A DNA stretch of 64,000 bases from Paraspadella gotoi (Eukaryota; Animalia; Chaetognatha), in NCBI GenBank assembly GCA_051294375.1, contig CM119269.1, positions 7,160,778 through 7,224,777 on the forward strand, written 5' to 3'. Of this stretch, positions 23,703 to 36,958 are shown piece by piece. Position 1 is the first letter of the stretch, and the number at the start of each line of letters is the position of its first letter. Made by a program: the position numbers and the translations under genes. The notes under the pieces are model-generated. The model was not told the DNA's origin and searched no databases. It saw nothing but the letters and a program-made list of their open reading frames with translations.

Positions 23703-26700
23703 TAGTCGGATCTGCTTTTCAGCACGTATCCCGAACTCTATAACTCCACCTTGCTCTCGCTCCGTCGGTCGCCCCCTCAATATGTCGGCACCACACCTCT
23801 ATATCATGTCAGGAACATCGAATTATGATAACCAATTATGCAAAAAAAATTGATCGTCCTCGTCCGTCTGTCTGTCCGCCGTTCCGTCCTGTCCGTCCGT
23901 CCCGTCCGTCCGTTCCTCGTACCGTCCGTCCGTCCGTTCCGTCCGTCCGTCCGTCCGGTCCGTCGTCCGTCCGTCCGTCCGCCGTCCGTCCTCCCGTCCG
24001 TCACTAGCAAAAAACACCAATTACTCTACGTGATTGGCTGGATGGATTTTAAAATGAAATTTTGTGTGCAGGATAGGTAAGTGTGTGATTAAGCTGCGAT
24101 ATGAAGTTTTCGATGCGAAACGTAAGAGTGGAAATGAGTTCAAATGGAAAAACACAAAACAAATAATATTCACTATATTTGTAACACCAATTGCTCATGG
24201 TGGATTGGCTGATTGGACCTGGTAATTTTGTGTATGTGGGTAGGAAAGTAGTCGCTGATTGAACATGAATCAAGTTTCGATGAATAGTATGAGTGGAAAT
24301 GAGTTTAAATGGAAAAAAACAAAAAACCTTGTTTTACTAATTTGATTATGCTTCTTTTTCCTTTCTATTATTAAATGTATACTGCAGGGGAATTGTAATT
24401 AATAAATCAAATATTAATCAGATTAATTAACTCAATTAAGTAAATAAAATTAATCAATAATTAATTAATTAAGTCAATCAATCCAGTCCATCCGTCCCAA
24501 TCTTTAGCAAAAAGCTCCAATACACTCGTGAATTGGCTGGTTGGATTGGAAATAAACTTTTCTGCTTCGTGCTGAGTTAGAAACGTGTGCTGATAAAGCT
24601 GGCATATAATAGTTTCGATGGAAATCTGTGAGTTGGAAAATGTAGTTTAAATGGAAAAAAACATTAAGTCGAATTTACTAAAAATCTTTTTACTTATTTT
24701 AACCCAATAAATACTCAATTAATCATAATTGGCATGGCATAGATTGAGTTGAATTTTGTGCTGCTGCTGCGCTAGCGAAAATGTGTGACGAAGCTTGATA
24801 TAAAGTTTCAGTGGAAACGCTACCAGTGGAAATGAGTTTAAATGAAAAAAAATATGAGTCACATTTTAACGTTTCTTATTTATTTTTTAACCCATTGATT
24901 GATTGAGATGAATTTGTTGCAGCTCGGTAGGAAAGTGAGGTGAAGAAAGCTAGGATATAACAGTTTTGGACGGAATGCAGTTGCAAAAAATTAGCGCAAT
25001 GTTGAAAAAATGATGACATATTAAAAATGTTAAAAGTCCATATAGGACGTCGCTATTGCATAAAAAGAAGAGAGCAAAGCAGAGAGTGAAAAGAGAGAGG
25101 AGAGAGAGCTGAGAGAATAATGAGAGGAGTGAGCGAGAGAGAGATATGAGAGAGAGAGAGAAGAGACGAAGAAGGAGACACTCAAATAAAAAAATCTTAA
25201 AAGACTCAAGATCGAGCCAGAAGCCCTATCAACAGAAAATTAATGAAAAACCCCGGGACACAAAACCGAATGAATCATGCCGATAAACGAATATTGATGT
25301 AATTGTAATTGCATTGAGCGTTAAACTAATTGCATCTGATGTAATAGTAAATTTATTGATGTAATAGGAATTGTTAATTGATTCGATGATTAATTCAATT
25401 ATTGATGCGATGATAGTCATTCACTGCTGTGATGATAGTCCATTCACTGATGCGATGATTGCTCATCTTCATTGATGCCGATGATAGTCAACAAAACAAA
25501 CAAATGCGCTGTATTGAGTGAAAGAGAGAGAGACGAGAGAGAGACGAGAGATGATGAACGCAGAGAGAGAGAAGAGAGAGGAGAGAGATGAACGCAGAGA
25601 AAGAGAGAGATCTGAGAAAGAGAGAAATAAGAGATAGAGAGAAAGAAAGAAATAATCCAACGAAAATCTCGGATGAAAATATGGGATTTTGTATTGAAAA
25701 AAGACGCAACACAATGTCAATAATAAAAAGTTTTAAGAAGGAAAAAAATTAACTCAGAACTTTTTCAATAAAACAGACACGATCACGCAAGAGATCGAAC
25801 AGAGCCAAGCGGACAACAGAGAGAAAACAGAGAGCCAGAGAGAACACCGCTGCAGAGAAAAAGAGAGATGAGAAAAGACGCGATATATCTATAATTAAAA
25901 TTAGAGATGAGCAGAGATGAGAAAGCTCTACAGCCCCTTTACTCATTAAAGAATCACCAGTACCCTATGGCGCCGGACGTCACGCGTGAGCTCCTTCTAT
26001 TCTCAAAAGGACCCGGGGTCCTACCCTGTTCGAGGGCATCGTTTTATCATTTAAGTGAGCCCACAATTATATCTAAAAAATTTTTTGTAAAAAAAAAAAA
26101 AAAGAGAAAGCAGAGAGAGAGAAAAGAACGGACAGACCGCTGCATAGCCGCCCGAACTCGTTTTTAGACAAATCAGAAGAAGCAAGTTCGACGGAGAAAA
26201 AGCCAGAGATGACGAAGCGCGACATTTATATTTAAAAGAAAGAGAAGAGAGCAGAGAGACATAATAATTTTCGTTTTGTAAATAAAAACATAAACCAAAT
26301 ACGCAATATTGATATAGAAACATGAGAATTTTAAAGGATCTTCGAATCTTAGATGCCATATATGGAAATTTCAATCCCTATATATCACACTTTCAGAAGC
26401 CATGAAATTGCCAAAAAGCGCTGACCGAAAGCCTAAACGAATCAAAATCTAGCCAGGGACTGGCTTTACCCGCCTGCCTCGATAATAAGAGGATATTGTG
26501 TTGTTTGAGAAAATGCGTAAACAAACCATTTAATAACTCTCCTGACTCAATTTAAGGACACGATGATGACAAGCTGAGATATAAATTATAATTAATATTA
26601 AAATTAATTAATTAATTAATTAATTATTAAAATTAATTTAATAAATTAATCTCATTAATATTAATTACCTATTAATTATTAATTATATGTATTATTAAAT

Positions 26701-26750
26701 AATAATTCAATCGCTAGCAGATCCGACATTGTTCTTGCTCAAACTTAGTT
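23703..26750 (+). mobile_element. DINE-1/HINE-like non-autonomous Helentron-type element, copy 1
   Basis: Starts in a T-run: ttttAGTCGGATCTGC (23704-23715), followed by an imperfect inverted copy (gcacgtatcccgaact), a (CCGT)n microsatellite at 23855-24000 and ~170-bp central tandem repeats at 24005-24950. A subterminal inverted repeat GCAGATCCGAC lies at 26717-26727, followed by a short tail into T's. Confidence 0.6.
24005..24950 (+). repeat. ~150-190-bp degenerate tandem repeat (about 5 units) inside the HINE-like element
   Basis: Units share tgattggctg..., aagct..gatat..agtttcgatggaa...gagtggaaatgagtttaaatggaaaaaa. Confidence 0.8.
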
Positions 26751-26947
26751 TTAGATGATTTTCTACCCCATTTCTACCACCTCCCCCGTTTTTTTTTCCT
26801 TTGCTTGAACCTTTCAATCATTGTGCATTCTCTTTTTAAAAAAAGTATTATGTTCTTCCCTTTTTGAAGTAATAATCTATTCTTTTCATGAAATTATCGC
26901 CGAAAAGTTTTCGATAATCTTCNNNNNNNNNNNNNNNNNNNNNNNNN

Positions 26948-29900
26948 GATCTGCTTTTCAGCACGTATCCCGAACTCTATACACTCCAACCTTGCTCGTC
27001 CGTCGGTCGCCCCCTCCAATATGTCGGCACCACACCACTATATCATGTCAGGAACATGAATTATGATATAACAATTATGCCAAAAAAAATTTGAGTCCGT
27101 CGTCCGTCTGTCTGTCCCGTCCGTCCGCTCCGTCTCCGTCCGTCCGTCCGTCCGTCCGTACCGTTCCGTCCGTACCGTCCGTCCGTCCGTCGTCCGTTCT
27201 CCGTCCGGTCCGTCGTTCGTCCGCCGTCCGTCCCTCCGCTTCCGTCCACTAGCAAAAAACACCAATTACTCTGTGATTGGCATGGCATGGATTTTAAATG
27301 AAATTTTGTGTGAGGATAGTACAGTGTGTGATTAAGCCTGCGATATGAAGTTCTCGATGGAAATCGTCAAGAGTGGAAATGAGTTCAAATGGAAAAACAC
27401 AAAAAATATATTCACTATTTTGTAACACCAATTGCCTCATGAGTGGATTGGCTCGCATTGTGACCTGTAATTTTGTGTATGTGGGTTAGGAACAGTAGTC
27501 GTGATTGAACAGAAATCAAGTTTCGATGGAATAGTATGAGTGGTAAATGAGTTTAAATGCGAAAAAAACAAAAAACCTTGTTTTTACTCAATTTGATTAT
27601 GCTTCTTTTTTCCTTTTATATTAAATGTATACTGCCAGGAATGTAATTAATAAATCAATAATTCAATCAGTTAATTAACTCAATTAGTAAATAAAATTAA
27701 TCAACTTAATTAATTAATTAAGTCAATCAATCCAGTCCATTCCGTCCCATCTTAGCAAAAAGCTCCAATAAAACTCGTGAATTGGCTGGTTGGATTGGAA
27801 ATAAATTTCTTGCTCGTGCTGAGTTAGGGAAACGTGCTGTGATAAAGCTGGCATATAATAGTTTCGATGGAATCTTGTGAGTTGGAAAATTAAGTTTAAA
27901 TGCGAAAAAAACATAAGTCGAATTTACTAAAAATCTTTTACTTATTTTAAACCCAAATAAATACTCTAATTCAATCATAATTGGCATGGCATAGATTGAG
28001 TTGAATTCTTTGTGCTCTGGGCTAGGAAAATGTGTGACGAAGCTTGAATATAAAGTTTCAGTGGAAAACGTACCCAGTGGAAATGAGTTTAAATGAAAAA
28101 AATATGAGTCAACATTTACGTTTCTTATTTATTTTTAACCCATTGATCTGATTGAGATGAAATTTTTGCAGCTCGGTAGGAAAGTGAGTGTGAAGAACGC
28201 CTAGATATAACAGTTTTGGACGGAATGCAGTTGCAAAAAATTAGCGCAAGTTGAAAAAATGATGACCATATTAAAAAATGTTAAAACCATAAGGACGTCG
28301 CTATTGCATAAAAAGAAGAGAGCAAAGAGAGAGTGGAAAAGAGAGACGAGGAGAGAGTGAGAGAGAAAAGAGAGCGAGTGACCGAGAGAGAGATATGAGA
28401 GACGAGCAGAGAGAGACGAGAGAAGGAGACATCAAATAAAAAAATCTTAAAAGACTCAAGGATCGAGCCAGAAGCCCTATCCAAGAAAATTAATGAAAAA
28501 CCCCGCGGACCCGAAAAAAAACGAAATGAATCATGCGATAACGAATTATTGATGTAATGTAATTGATTGAGGTAATACTAATTGCACTTGATGTAATAGT
28601 AATTTATTGATGTAATAGGAATTGATTATGATTCCGATGCGATTAATCAATTATTGATGCATGATAGTCATTCACTGCTGTATGATTAGTTCACATTCAC
28701 TGATGCGTATGATTGCTTCATTCATTGATGCGATGATAGTATCTCTAAAACAAACAAATGCGTGTATTGAGTGAAAGAGAGAGACGACGACGAGAGAGAC
28801 GAGAGATGATGATACGCAGAGAGAGAGAAGAGAGAGGAGAGAGATGACGAGGACAAGAGAGAGATGACGAAAGAGAGAAGATAAAGATGAGAGAGAAAGA
28901 AGAAAATAAATCGCAACGAAAATCCTCGGATGAAAATATGGGATTTTGTAATTGAAAAAAGCGGCAACACAATGTCAAATAATAAACAAGTTTTAGAAGG
29001 AAAAAAATAACCTCAGAATTTTCAAAAAAAAACCGATCACGCAACTGAGATCCGAACAGAGCAAGCGGACAACAGAGAGAAAAAGACGAGCAGAGAGAAC
29101 AGCCGCTGCAGAGAAAAAGAGAGAGGAGAAAGATCGATATATTATAATTCAAAACTAGAGAGAGAGAGATGAGAAAGCTCTACAGCCCCTTTACTTCATT
29201 AAAGACATCAGCAGCTACCTATGGCCGCCGGACGCTCAGCGTGAGCTCCCTCTATACTCAAAAGGAACCCGGGGTCCTACCCTGTTCGCAAGGGCATCGT
29301 TTATATTTAAGTGAGCCCACATTATATCTAAAAATTTTTTGTAAAAAAAAAAAAAAAAGAGAATAGAGACGAGAGAGAAAAGAAGCTGGACAGACCGCTG
29401 CAAGCCGCGAACTCGTTTTTAAGACAAATTCAGAAGAAGCAAGTGACGCGAGAAAAAGCCAGAGAATGACGAGACGCGACATTTATATTTAAAAAAAGAG
29501 AGAGAGAGAGAGAGACATCATAATTTTTTGTTTGTAAATAAAACAAAACCAAATACGCAATATGATATATGAAACATGAAGAATTTTAAAGATCTTCGAT
29601 TCTAGATGCCAAATGAAATTTCAAACTCCCTATGATGATCACACTTTCAGAAGCCATGAATTTGCAAAAAGGCGTGACCGAAAGCCTAAACGAATCAAAA
29701 TCTAGCCAGGACTGCTTTGACCCGCCTGGCCTCTGATCAATAGAGGATATTGTGTTGTTTTGATGAAAATGTAAACAAACACATTTCAATAACTGCTCCT
29801 GACTCAAATTTCAAGGACATGCGATGATGACAAGCTGAATATAACATTATAATTAATATTAAAATTAATTAATTAATTAATTAATATTAAAATTAATTAA

Positions 29901-30008
29901 ATAATAATTATTAATAATTAATTACTATTAATCTATTAATTAATCTATCTATTAAATACAATTAATTATCGTTAGGAGATCCGACATTTGTCTTGCTCAA
30001 ACTTGTTT
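26948..30008 (+). mobile_element. DINE-1/HINE-like element, copy 2 (probable assembly duplicate)
   Basis: Colinear with 23709-26750, begins immediately after a 25-N gap, and ends gagatccgacatttgtcttgctcaaacttgttt. The downstream flank is also duplicated. Confidence 0.6.
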
Positions 30009-30739
30009 AGATGATTTTCTACCATTCTCTACCACTCCGTTATTTTTTTCCCTTCTTGTCTCGTTGCAACCTTCTCAACTATTGTGCCATTTTTTTCCTT
30101 TGTCATATTTCTAAATTTCCATTGTCCTCTCTTTTTCTTCTTTAATTTTATCCATTTGTTCTTATTTTTCATTTTCTCATTCTATCCATTATTCCTATCT
30201 TATCTGCTTCTCTTATTTTGTTATTTGTTGTTGTAGGTCTCCATTTCAATTCTTTCCTCTAAATTTCGTCGAATTTAATCTGGAAACCCTAATCGACGCA
30301 CATTATAAATTGAGCTTTGTCGTCGTTCGTCGTCGTCGTCGTCTGTCCCGTCACTGCCCTCGTATAATTTACAGCTTTGACAGCTCGTTACCGAAGCTTT
30401 CGTCGTTCGCCGTCTTTGTCGCTCGTCGCTCTTTGTTCGTCGCTCGTCCTTTGGTCGTCGTCTTCCTATTCATCCGTTCGTTATCGGTTGTTGTTGTTGT
30501 GCTTGTTAATTGCCCAGAAATTATCTCGTCTCTAGGTCCAGTCCGGTTTACAGTGGAAGGGCGACAGCCAATTTGTCTAAGGAAATAAAATAATATGGAA
30601 TATTAAACATGATTAAAAATTCCTGTTCACTTGAGCCATCTCTCGATTCCTTGCTATTTTTTCATTGGCTAACAATCTATTCCTTCATTCGACCACGGGC
30701 AGGCGTCGTTGTCTTCCTGTCAATGACAGGCGTGGTCCT

Positions 30740-30815
30740 AGTCAAGTCATGACCGGCCTCGTTTCGTGTCAAGTCATGACCGGCCAGTTCTCCGAGTTCA
30801 AGTCTCATGACTGGC
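30740..30815 (+). repeat. Three copies of tcaagtcatgaccggc (~28-bp period)
   Basis: Direct reading of the sequence. Confidence 0.7.
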
Positions 30816-31239
30816 GTAACAAAGTCTTTTTAACAAATTAATTTTCCCAAAAGGCTTAATTTCAAAACGCATAACATACGCGTTGTATATATACAATAAA
30901 TATTTTAGAAACAAAAAATATACCAACGTTTATGTTAAAATTGTAGAGAGCTGGAAAAAGTTCGGAAAGCGCAGAGCGACACAAAGACGCAGACGACGAC
31001 GAGACGACTTGAGAGCAAAGAGAGAAGAGCAGCAGCATGAAGAGAGAGACGAGAGCAGAGATAGAGCATAGATAGTATTAAGAACCAATTTCTTTTTACG
31101 AATTAATCTCTACAGGCTTTTCCTTAAATAAACCCAAAACGTCTAAACTTATAAATAAAAAAATAAATTTGAAAAAATAATAATCAAAAAAAATAAGAAT
31201 TCAATTTGCTTTTCTCCAAATCTTTGGATGTTCATTCTT

Positions 31240-31589
31240 GTTGAACTGACAATGTCGCACGACTGCGCATCCTGCGCGCAGGCACATCAACTCACAAACT
31301 ATAATGCTCAACAAAAATGCCAGACGAAGAGGAGCAAAGCGACGAATTCCTCGGCGGCCTTTGGCTCATTGAAATGACCATCGCGCCCACAGAAGTTTAA
31401 CACTCACATCGCGCCACAGAATTCTAACATCGAGCCGACAATTTTTTTAAACATGGCTTGGCTCTTCAGGCGCCACTTCACCATTATTTTCTGACATGCG
31501 AATCCAATACCAAAGAAGCGAAATCTAGAAGGAACATGCGCTCTGCAGCTCCTTGCGAACGAGACAATTATCAACCATAAACTCTCCAG
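31240..31589 (+). CDS. Noisy candidate Cys-containing exon upstream of the 32282 terminal exon
   Basis: GC-balanced island ending CTCTCCAG|gctgag (near-GTGAG). A phase 2 end would match the next exon. All frames are interrupted. Confidence 0.25.
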
Positions 31590-32281
31590 GCTGAGCACGC
31601 TCTCTCCTCTCTCTCTCTCTTCTCTTCCTCTCATCTCTCTCTCTCTCCTATCTTCTCTTCTTTAAAATCACTGCTTAATATTTATTGTCCCTTTTTAAGG
31701 TCAAAATTGCCAAAGTACAGCGAAGTCGCCACGAGCCGCTAATCATCGCTTGTTGTTGTTGTAGTTCTTTTTCTTTCCTCCTTCCTACTCCTCCCCCTCC
31801 TCCTCCATCCACCTCCTCTTCTTCCTTCCTCCTCCCTCCCTCTCCTAGCATCTTCCTTCCCTTCTCATTCCTCCTCCTTCCTCATACCTCCTCCTCCTCT
31901 CCCTCCTCATCGCCAGAGGTAATATTCGTTGTTGATTTGTTTTGTAGCTCTTTCCTCTTCCCTCCTCCTACTCCTCCCGATCCTCTCTCCCTTCTCCACC
32001 CTTCTCCTTCTTTCTCCTACTGCCTCCTCTTCCCTCTCCCTCAACCTTCTACCCTCCTCATTTCCTTCCTCCTCCTTCTTCCTCTCCCACCTCATTCTCC
32101 TCCTCCCTTACCTCCCCTTCCCCCTCCTCTTACCCATCCTCCTTCCCTTTAATCCTCCTCCTCCCTTCCTACCTCCTCCTTTTCCTTCCCTCCCTCTTCC
32201 CTCTTCCTCTCCCTAATCCTCTCCCTCCTCCTTTCCTCTTCCTTCCCTTCTCCTTTCCTCCTCCTCCTCCTCCTCCTCCAG

Positions 32282-32585
32282 AACTGAAGGACGATGTTGC
32301 GACCAAGAAGTATGCCCCGCGCAATGCACGTCTTCGTTGCGAGAAAGCCCTTCGCGCTTTTTTCAAAGTCACCTACGCGAATTGGCGGAATCTTCCATCT
32401 ATCTCTACAGTTTTGCGGGAATGCTTGCCATTTTGGCCTGGAAATGCGCCTTGAGAGAATCAGGGCGTCGGGCCAAGCGGCGCGAGCGGTTTTTTTGGGA
32501 TCTTGGAAAAATCAACAGCTTTGAAATTGAAGATTTAAAACTGGCCCGTGGCGGTGTGTTTAATGGCGAAAGAGAGAAGTCATGA
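32282..32585 (+). CDS. Probable terminal exon of a single-pass membrane protein (TEGRCCDQEVCPAQC...IYLYSFAGMLAILAWKCAL RESGRRAKRR...EKS*)
   Basis: Long pyrimidine tract + ccag acceptor, then 100 sense codons open to TGA. A Cys cluster is followed by a hydrophobic segment and a basic stop-transfer run. Confidence 0.55.
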
Positions 32586-34669
32586 GTTGAATGGATTATC
32601 TCTGGTTAGATCTGATAACAAAAACAGACGACGACGACGGACGACGACGACGACGAAAAATGGGGTTTTAAGTTTAAAAAATATTAAACTAAATTAAATA
32701 TATTATTTTTTTTGTTCTTTCTTTTGAAGCAAACGCAAAAAAAGTGGTTAGAAAATGGTGTGGCGCCGGCGTTTGGCCGACTGCCGTGGCGTGTCTTAGG
32801 TCGTGACGTAATGTGGCCGTAGCGCTTTAAAACTTAGATATAACAAATTTCTTTCTGACAATGGCCGTTATCCGCCTTGAGGTTGAACGTTAAAGGCCCC
32901 AGTGCGCATCGTTCGTCCTCTGTCCGTCTCCCAATTTATCAACTGTATATAGAATTGATTACATAAACGGCAAACTTGGCCCTGATTATGACCAAATTGA
33001 CTTGATTGTTGGAAAGCACCATGGCTGCTGCACGCGACGAAGAAAGTTAATTCTGGCTTTCATGAAAAAAATTAAATAAAAAACAATTAAATTCTGTAAT
33101 AGATTAAATTAATAAAACATTAAATTTAACTTAAACAAATTAGCACAAACTCGGATTCCCAGATTAAACTTCACTTTTTTTATTTCATTTCTTTTATTTC
33201 ATTGTTTGTAATAATATATATATATATATATATTGAGACTTTTTACAGTCTCTCCGCCCGTCCTGTCCCTCCGTCCGTCCCAAATGCCTGCAAATAAAAA
33301 TTCTTTTCGCTTTAAAATTCACGGGCTCTTTTTTTCGAATTCTCTCTCTTTTTTCTTTTTTTTTTCCATAATTTTTTATTGGTTTTTTTCTTTCATTTTT
33401 TTCAGTATGTCTACAGTTTTTCCGTTAATTTCCTGGCTGTTAGTACTACAATATTGTAAATATAAAACTGACTTTAGTTAACATTTTTTCTTCCTTACCT
33501 TTCACTCTTACATCAAAACTGAATTAAGTATTTTATTTTTATCTCATCCCTTTTCTTCTTTTCTCTTCTCTTTTTTTATTTTTGAATACATAATTTATTT
33601 ATTTTTATTTTTTTTCATTTCTCTCTCCTCATTTAAAGCAACGTTTCCTTTATAACTTCCTTCATTTAATTTCACCTTCTCTTTTTCAGCTTTATTTTCC
33701 TTCAACCGCTTATTTCTTTTCATTCTTTCTTTCTGCTAAACTTTTCAATCTTTTTTTTTCTCCTTTCTTCGCCCTTTCCTCTCTTTTCTTATCTTTTAAT
33801 TATCTGTTTTCTCTCCTTTCTTCGCTCTTTCCTCCCTTCTCTTATCCTTTATTTTTATTTTCTCCTTTCTCAGCCATCTTTACTCTCTTTTTTTTCTCTC
33901 TNNNNNNNNNNTCCTTTCTCCACTCTCCTCTAATTTCTCATCCTCTTTTCTTCTTTTTTCTTCTTTTAATCATTACCTTCCTTCCTTCTTTCCTCTTCAT
34001 TTTTTTCCTTTCCTTTTTTCCCTCTCCTTTTGTCTTCCTCCTTTTTCCCATTCCCGCGTTAATTGATAAATCGGCGACTCAATTTCCCGGTCTGTCTAAG
34101 AAGAAAAAAAAACCTCCAACGAGCCCAACCGTAGCTAATCAATTACTTGTACTAACATTGGCTAAATTTCATTATGTCCGACTAATTAATCGTAATTTTG
34201 TTTTTCCCGCCCATTTTCTCTTCGTCGGTATCGACTGTATTTTCTGTATCGACAGAATCGGTGTATCGGGTTTAAAACGACGACGAATCTTGGATGAATT
34301 TGACGCCAATGTTGTTTGTTATTCTAAAGAAATTAAATACGAGGAAGACAAAGTATTACGTGCTGTTTGCTGATTGCTGACGGAGATCGCTTTCTTTTAA
34401 NNNNNNNNNNNNNNNNNNNNNNNNNNNNNNNNNNNNNNNNNNNNNNNNNNNNNNNNNNNNNNNNNNNNNNNNNNNNNNNNNNNTCCCCCCAAAAACCACC
34501 TCCTCGATCCCCCAACCCAAATGTAAGTCTGTCATCGAAGGCAAATATTTTCTCTTCCTCCTTCACTGATAACCGAGCATTTTTGGCTCCGCGCAAATAT
34601 TAAGGAGAGGAAGGATCGTGTCTGAGCCCGACTGAGTGGAGGGGAGGAGAAGTTTGGATGTAGTAGTTG

Positions 34670-34895
34670 AGGCTGAAGTTGTGGTTGTGGTTGAGGTCGA
34701 GTCGAGTCGAGTCGAGTCTGAGTTGAGTTGAGTTGAGTTGAGTTGAGTTGAGTTGAGTCTGAGTGAAGTTGAGTTGAAGTTGAAGTATGAGTGGAAGTTG
34801 GAGTTTGAGTTGAGTTTGAAAGTTGAAAAGTTTGAGCGTGAAGTTGGAGTTGAAGTTTTTGAAGTTGATTGGAAGTTTGAGTTTGAAGGTGCAGT
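34670..34895 (+). repeat. (GAGTC/GAGTT/GAAGTT)n penta-hexanucleotide tract
   Basis: Direct reading of the sequence. Confidence 0.85.
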
Positions 34896-35272
34896 TTAGC
34901 TTAGAGGAGAAAATGCACTCTAGTAACGGTTTGTAATTTTGTGGATGAAAAAATAACATTTTCGGAAAAGCTTTTTTTTTAAACTTCTAGTTCTTAACAA
35001 CCGGAAATTAAAAAAAAATTAGGTTAAAGATTAGTGATTAAAAAGTACCGATTTTCATTACGTAAAAAGGCTGTCCTATTCTTTTTTGATTATTTGAAAA
35101 CTTATTTGTTTATTTATCATTTAGTTAAAAGGCTGGATATTGATTTTGATCTTTGGTCATCTAGCGGCATATATAAATCATCAATATTTATGTCCAAGGA
35201 AATATAGTAAAGCTTAGGGAACGTGGAACCCCCCGCCCATGCCCAAACGCTCAATGCTGTGCCCAAGTACAC

Positions 35273-35640
35273 TTCGTTTATTTTTTCCTCTGGCAAGAGA
35301 GCTTTCGTTCTATTAAACCGGCGCGGCCACAGAGGGAGCCACTCGCGCGAAGGCGTGGCTCCGTCACGTGGGCTTGGTCTCGTGGGGTCGGCGTCTTTAA
35401 CGTCTTCCGTCGAGTTTATCACAAACGCTCGGTCTCTCCCTTTAACGTCAGCCGAAGAAGTTCGAGAGAGGCCCAGTCTCGACTCGTTATTTGCTTCTCG
35501 CTTTTTGCCACTCGGTCCGGCCTCTCGCCAGGGGCTAATCGCCACCCGCAGTTTCGAAAAAAAAAGGAAAAAAACAAAAAAACAACAACAATCACACTTA
35601 GAAAACAAAGGCGCGATCGTCTCCAGCGAAACCGTCGCAT
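35273..35640 (-). CDS. Candidate first coding exon of a type II membrane protein (MRRFRWRRSRLCFLSVIVVVFLFFSFF + stem with NES/NST/NRT sequons)
   Basis: ATG at 35640, basic tail, then a hydrophobic anchor. One indel in the poly-T joins it to the long open frame of ORF 35117-35608. CpG-rich DNA lies upstream. The 3' exon boundary is uncertain. Confidence 0.4.
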
Positions 35641-35644
35641 TAGC

Positions 35645-35790
35645 GCAAGATTGCGTCGCGCAAAACAGTCGAGGTAAAAGGGAAGTATCGTTCGCGATTG
35701 CCTAAACATCGAGAGTCGCGAATCAATCGCGTTTTTGCGCAAAAAAAGTTGCAAAGTCGCGAGAACTCGCGGCGAAAGTCTATAAGTCAC
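35645..35790. promoter_or_regulatory. CpG/CGCG-rich patch, possible promoter of the minus-strand gene
   Basis: Cluster of TCGCG/TCGCGA motifs (ttcgcgatt, gtcgcgaatcaatcgcg, gtcgcgagaactcgcg) in an AT-rich background. Confidence 0.3.
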
Positions 35791-36958
35791 TTTTCGATGG
35801 GTTGGTCGGTCGGTCGGATGGTTCGTCCCTTGCCGTAGGTCGTTGGTCTATCCCGCTTTCATATTTAATGATCATAAGTCGGGTTATATTGCGTCAATTA
35901 TTATATATCAAGTTATTGTGGATAATGATTAGCGGGTTGATTAGTTATGAGTAAATGCTTCTTGTGCCTATGTATACTACCACATTGAAATACAGTCACG
36001 ATATTACAGATTACTCATTAAGAAAGTCGCTGCTTAGCAACGCATTAGAATTGCCATATTTATTTTATTTCCCCATGGAGCTCTCGTCCCTNNNNNNNNN
36101 NNNNNNNNNNNNNNNNGCCGTCCTCGCATTCGCTCTAGACACAATGAAAAAATAACGTGGCGAAACGCGATCCGCCTCGGTGATCGATTTTTCTATCCCC
36201 TTTAAAGATTGTTCTGAGCTTAATAATGACCATTTACTTTTCGGGTAATATCTGTGCGATGATATCACGATAGATGCGAACGATTACGTATCCTCTGAAC
36301 CCGATAACGCCCATTTGCATCCATGCAACTAAATAAATCAGCGCTAAACTAGATCAAAAATAGTTCAAAAAAGGATGCAAGCAATATAGCTCGAAACGCT
36401 TACAAAGATTTTGAAGACCATTGCTTTTATAAAAATCGCAAAAAAACAATATTCTAATATTATTTATAAAAACCCAATAACTTAACCGCATAAACTTAAT
36501 AGTTAAACCGAGACCCATAGGATGAATATTTTTACCCACAAATCATTTCCTACAAAGATTCTCTATCTATTGCGAATGAGTCCAGTATCTGTCTTGTAAA
36601 TAGACTTAATTAATCCTAGAAATAAACCAATATGACAAATTCAATTTTCAATTTTTCTTTATGATATTGTGGGAAGTTTTTCCTCTGCTTACTCCCCCTT
36701 TAGCGTCGTTCCCTACATTATTAATACTTATTACAAAGTATTTTCTTCCATCATAAAACCCTATATAATACCTATATTTTTCACCTTTTTTTCAATTCTT
36801 TCAAACAAAAAACTAACATCATAGAAAGACAAATTTTGAAATTAATAAAAAAAAAAAGTGATTGAATTGATTTTGGAAAAATAAAATAATTTAAAACTTG
36901 AGAATAATGGTATGATGAGTCCAAGAACAAATCAAGCAAGTTTCTCCTTGCAACTTCT

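Noticed and set aside
31310-31590. BMP-like prodomain end (GLWLIEMT...KHGLALQ...RNMRSAAPCER)
   Set aside because: It needs several frame changes, and the following exon encodes a TM protein tail rather than a cystine knot.
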